64,000 nt of DNA, from positions 4,000,001-4,064,000 of the forward strand of contig OZ252149.1 of NCBI GenBank assembly GCA_965248755.1, given 5' to 3'. Both the position numbers and the translations under genes were made by a program. The notes below the pieces were generated by a model. The model ran no database searches, was not told the DNA's origin, and worked only from the letters and a program-made list of their open reading frames with translations. Within the stretch, counting starts at the first letter, position 1, and each line of letters starts with the position of its first letter. This document shows, in pieces, positions 61,087 to 64,000 of the stretch. The stretch is from Candidatus Latescibacterota bacterium (GTDB taxonomy: Bacteria; Latescibacterota; CBDEFO01).

Positions 61087-62898
61087 CCCGGATTTACCCG
61101 GCCAGGAGTAGGACAAAAATGCCTGCATCACCTCTGACGATACCCCCTTAACCCTTCCACCTAACTCCTGATTGTATTTCTCAATAAAGTAATCGACAAG
61201 GAAAAAGGGAAGGTCCTCGATATGCTCGCGTAGCGGCGGCAGGACGATAGGAACGACGTTAAGGCATAAGAACCGACATTCCCCATATCACATTCATGAG
61301 GGATTATATTTCGATACATTCTTGTTTCTGAATTAATATTACCACTTTTACATTTTTCAACAAGTACTTTTTTCAATTAAAATAGTATTTTCCTCTGAAT
61401 TATCACTTTCTTTGTGTTTAAATCCTCCAATTAGAGACACCTCTCCATCGACTCACAAAAAAATGTGGCAGTTTAAACAGAATAACATCGCAATCGTTCA
61501 ATCCGGGATAATATTTCGGCAAATAACCTCTTGTCTATCCCAACCTCAGCCATTTGAAACGTAATATATCCGCTGTGTCTGACAATCTTCGCTCCGATTT
61601 TGATAAATTTCACGAGGAGGCTGCGTAGTGACCAGTGTTTGATTTTCTTCGGAAGAACAAAACGTCGCAGGAAGTTGCCCAAGTTGTAAGCCAGAACAAA
61701 CAGCCAGAGCCTCACCTGATTGGAGACGAAACGCTTGCATGAGAGTCGGGTCCAGTTCAGAGCATACTTGCCCTCCTTAATCCACTGCTCAGCTCTGCCA
61801 CGGCCATTGTAGAAGTGTACCACGCCTTCTGGCTTGGCGCTCATGTTGGTCACGATAAATCCCACTCTTGGGAATAACTCCCCTTGGTGCCATTCAACCT
61901 TGGCGACCACTCGCCTCGATTGATCCCAACTGGCCGCTTTATATTGAAATTCATATAACGATACAATCGGTTTCCTCGGCGGTCGTCCAACTGGCCGAGT
62001 CAGCAGGTATCGTATCTTTTCATAGAGTATCTCATTTGCGGGAAGCCGAATGGCATACAAATAGCCGTTTCCCTCCAGATAATCATAAATCTCAGGCTTT
62101 GCGAATGCAGCATCGCCTCGAAAGTATTTCCTATTCTTCTTGCTCTCGTATCTCTTGACGATCGGTTCCAGAACTTCCTTCCAACGATCAGCACTGTGAA
62201 CATTACCAGAGCGAAGTAGGACTCCTTCACAATCCCCGAACTGATTGAAGCAGAACACTGGATGAAAACAGGTACATCCGAAATGACCGTTGTAAGCTGA
62301 TCCTTCCTGCTGGCCATGTACCGGACTCTCCGAACTGTCCATGTCCAGAATGATTCGTTGATGCTGTGTTTTACTCATCGCTTTTTGAACCCACTTGCCA
62401 TTGATATCTGACAAGTTTCTGAGATTGTCATGCTGAGTCAGTATATCAGTTTCAAAACGTCCTATCGTGTTGGAGCTGGCAGCTTGCCTGCCTTTGTCCT
62501 TCTTTCCGGTAATCGCTCGCATGACGGGATCAACGGATAATCGCTCGGCGTCATTTACATCTTCATATCCTGCAAGACGGCTGTATATCGATTGACGCAG
62601 GAGAGTAGATATATCATGTTGGATATTACGGCCTGTGCGTTTATCGGTAAAAACCGCTGATACCGAATCAAATAATCCCAGTGCGTAATCAAGGTCACGA
62701 TACGCAAGAAGTCCACCGTTTGATGTCACCTTTGCACCATGAAATTCAAGCTTTATTCCTCCATCAAAACCTACTTTGATTCTTTCACCCTCTGGATGAT
62801 CAATATTTATCCGCCATTTATGAGTCTTATTTATTGTAATATAACATGTTCTGGCGACTTTGACAACCATTTTTCGGGTCTAATATGGCGAATGGGGG
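61087..62898 (-). mobile_element. IS1380-family transposition unit (IS proper 61273-62898 plus 186-bp passenger), 5-bp TSD ACCAA
   Basis: ACCAA at 61082-61086 and 62899-62903; IR CCCCCATTCGCCATAT (62898, - strand) matches CCGACATTCCCCATAT at 61273. Confidence 0.8.
61473..62870 (-). CDS. IS1380-family transposase
   Basis: TSNGGL, AGYEDVND, LDMDS, HGQQEGSAYNGHF, RGDAAF, YNGRGRAEQWIKEGK. Confidence 0.9.
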   Translation of the reverse strand: MVVKVARTCYITINKTHKWRINIDHPEGERIKVGFDGGIKLEFHGAKVTSNGGLLAYRDLDYALGLFDSVSAVFTDKRTGRNIQHDISTLLRQSIYSRLAGYEDVNDAERLSVDPVMRAITGKKDKGRQAASSNTIGRFETDILTQHDNLRNLSDINGKWVQKAMSKTQHQRIILDMDSSESPVHGQQEGSAYNGHFGCTCFHPVFCFNQFGDCEGVLLRSGNVHSADRWKEVLEPIVKRYESKKNRKYFRGDAAFAKPEIYDYLEGNGYLYAIRLPANEILYEKIRYLLTRPVGRPPRKPIVSLYEFQYKAASWDQSRRVVAKVEWHQGELFPRVGFIVTNMSAKPEGVVHFYNGRGRAEQWIKEGKYALNWTRLSCKRFVSNQVRLWLFVLAYNLGNFLRRFVLPKKIKHWSLRSLLVKFIKIGAKIVRHSGYITFQMAEVGIDKRLFAEILSRIERLRCYSV

Positions 62899-63735
62899 AC
62901 CAAGTTATTGGGACGGCTACTCCAAAGAAATAAAAGTTAAAAAAACTGAATTTAGTAATCTAAAAAGTTATTTAGCTCCACAATCTGATAGTTTTATTTC
63001 ATCTAATGGAGTTAATTTTTACAAGAAGAGGTTAGGGGAAGCTTTCTTAAAGTGCTTAAGAATTGCAGGAGTAACTGACGATGGAAGGGCATTCACAGAG
63101 AAAAAACTGCATAAATATATATCAGAAAAAAACTCGGATTTTTACCAGGATTTTAGGGTAAGGCTCGCCAATTGGTGTTTGAAGATACACAGGCAAGAAG
63201 AAGTTTTTGAAGAAATAAAACATTATCTAACCAATGAATTTAAGGAGTTTTTTAATTATCAGGTGAATGTTGAACTTACAATCTTTATAAATTCATCAGA
63301 TTTGGAAGCGGATGATGAAGAAACCCATTCGAGCAATAACATCTACAAATATTCTTCTGGAACAACTGATATCGACATAGAAGTTTCAACTATTCATGGT
63401 GTCAAAGGCGAAACCCATACGGCAACATGTTACCTTGAAACTTTCTTTTATGACTATGACATTAAGCGAATAATAAATTATATAAAGGGAGAGCATACTA
63501 AGCCAAAAGAAAGAGTAATTCAAAATCTAAAAATGGCTTTTGTAGGGATGTCACGTCCATCTCGTCTCCTTTGCATTGCGGTTCATAAGGATAGTATTAC
63601 CGGACAAGAAGAAGCACTGCAGAGAAGTGGTTGGGATGTTAATAAGGAATTGTTAGCAGGTAGTAATAACTGAAACAAGAAGGCTATTTATAATCGAAGA
63701 TAGGTGCGATAATCGAAGATGGGTGGTTGCCATAT

Positions 63736-64000
63736 CATACCGTTCCCCTTCACAGAACGACAGATATTCTGTAAATCGGGGTTCGCGAAGGGCAAGATGT
63801 CAGCGCCAGAGCAGAAGACGGCTAGCGCTGGACAACGGTTCGATCTTTCTTTCTAGATCCTATTTGGTAAGTACCGAATATTAGGGGTTTGTCAAGAATA
63901 TGTTCCGAGCGGAAAGGCCGATTGGAACGGTGTTGTAGAGCGTTTTTTCAGGACCCTCAAGCAAGAGTGTGTTTGACTTCACAGCTTCGAATCCTTTGAG
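63736..64000 (+). mobile_element. Diverged, internally deleted IS3 relative (runs off the window)
   Basis: CATACCGTTCCCC left end; jumps from the orfA start to the SDNG region of orfB; stop codons present. Confidence 0.75.

Larger units (their letters stand above)
59962..63673 (+). pseudogene. UvrD-like (GajB-type) helicase, 5' clipped by IS3 and split by IS1380
   Basis: ACPGSGKT, LTHTNVA, FIDEMQD, GDLNQSIF; removing the insert restores KRTIPSYWDG; TIHGVKGETH, FVGMSRP. Confidence 0.8.

Noticed and set aside
1..64000. CRISPR array, tRNA or rRNA genes, integron cassettes
   Set aside because: No regularly spaced repeats, RNA gene signatures or integrase seen by eye; a covariance-model search was not possible

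Overview
Bacterial window, probably from a diderm (it carries waaA). Positions 1-51,000 are one long + strand cell-surface glycan/LPS locus. It holds about 11 glycosyltransferase genes or remnants, rfbD, a NodU/SxtI-type carbamoyltransferase with a DUF5989/SxtK-like partner, several methyltransferases, and an ACP-FkbH-FkbM-GNAT module with no PKS. It also holds a polysaccharide deacetylase, a 2-hydroxyethylphosphonate cassette (PepM-cytidylyltransferase fusion, frameshifted Ppd, second cytidylyltransferase, phosphonoacetaldehyde reductase, TagF-like and sulfatase-like transferases), and a kinase-isomerase-phosphatase-transaldolase block (heptose, possibly octose). A large secreted CBM/hydrolase-like protein and waaA end the locus. 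Positions 51,000-58,700 carry - strand genes: SxtJ-like, apbE, polyprenyl synthase, glnE, pccB and a truncated XRE regulator. The right end holds a disrupted UvrD/GajB-like helicase. The region is heavily remodelled. There are six full-size copies and one internally deleted copy of an IS3-family element with atypical ends, one IS1182, and one IS1380 that seems to have moved a foreign fragment by one-ended transposition. Several cassettes are bracketed by diverged duplicates of gene tails. All calls come from reading motifs by eye; no searches were run.
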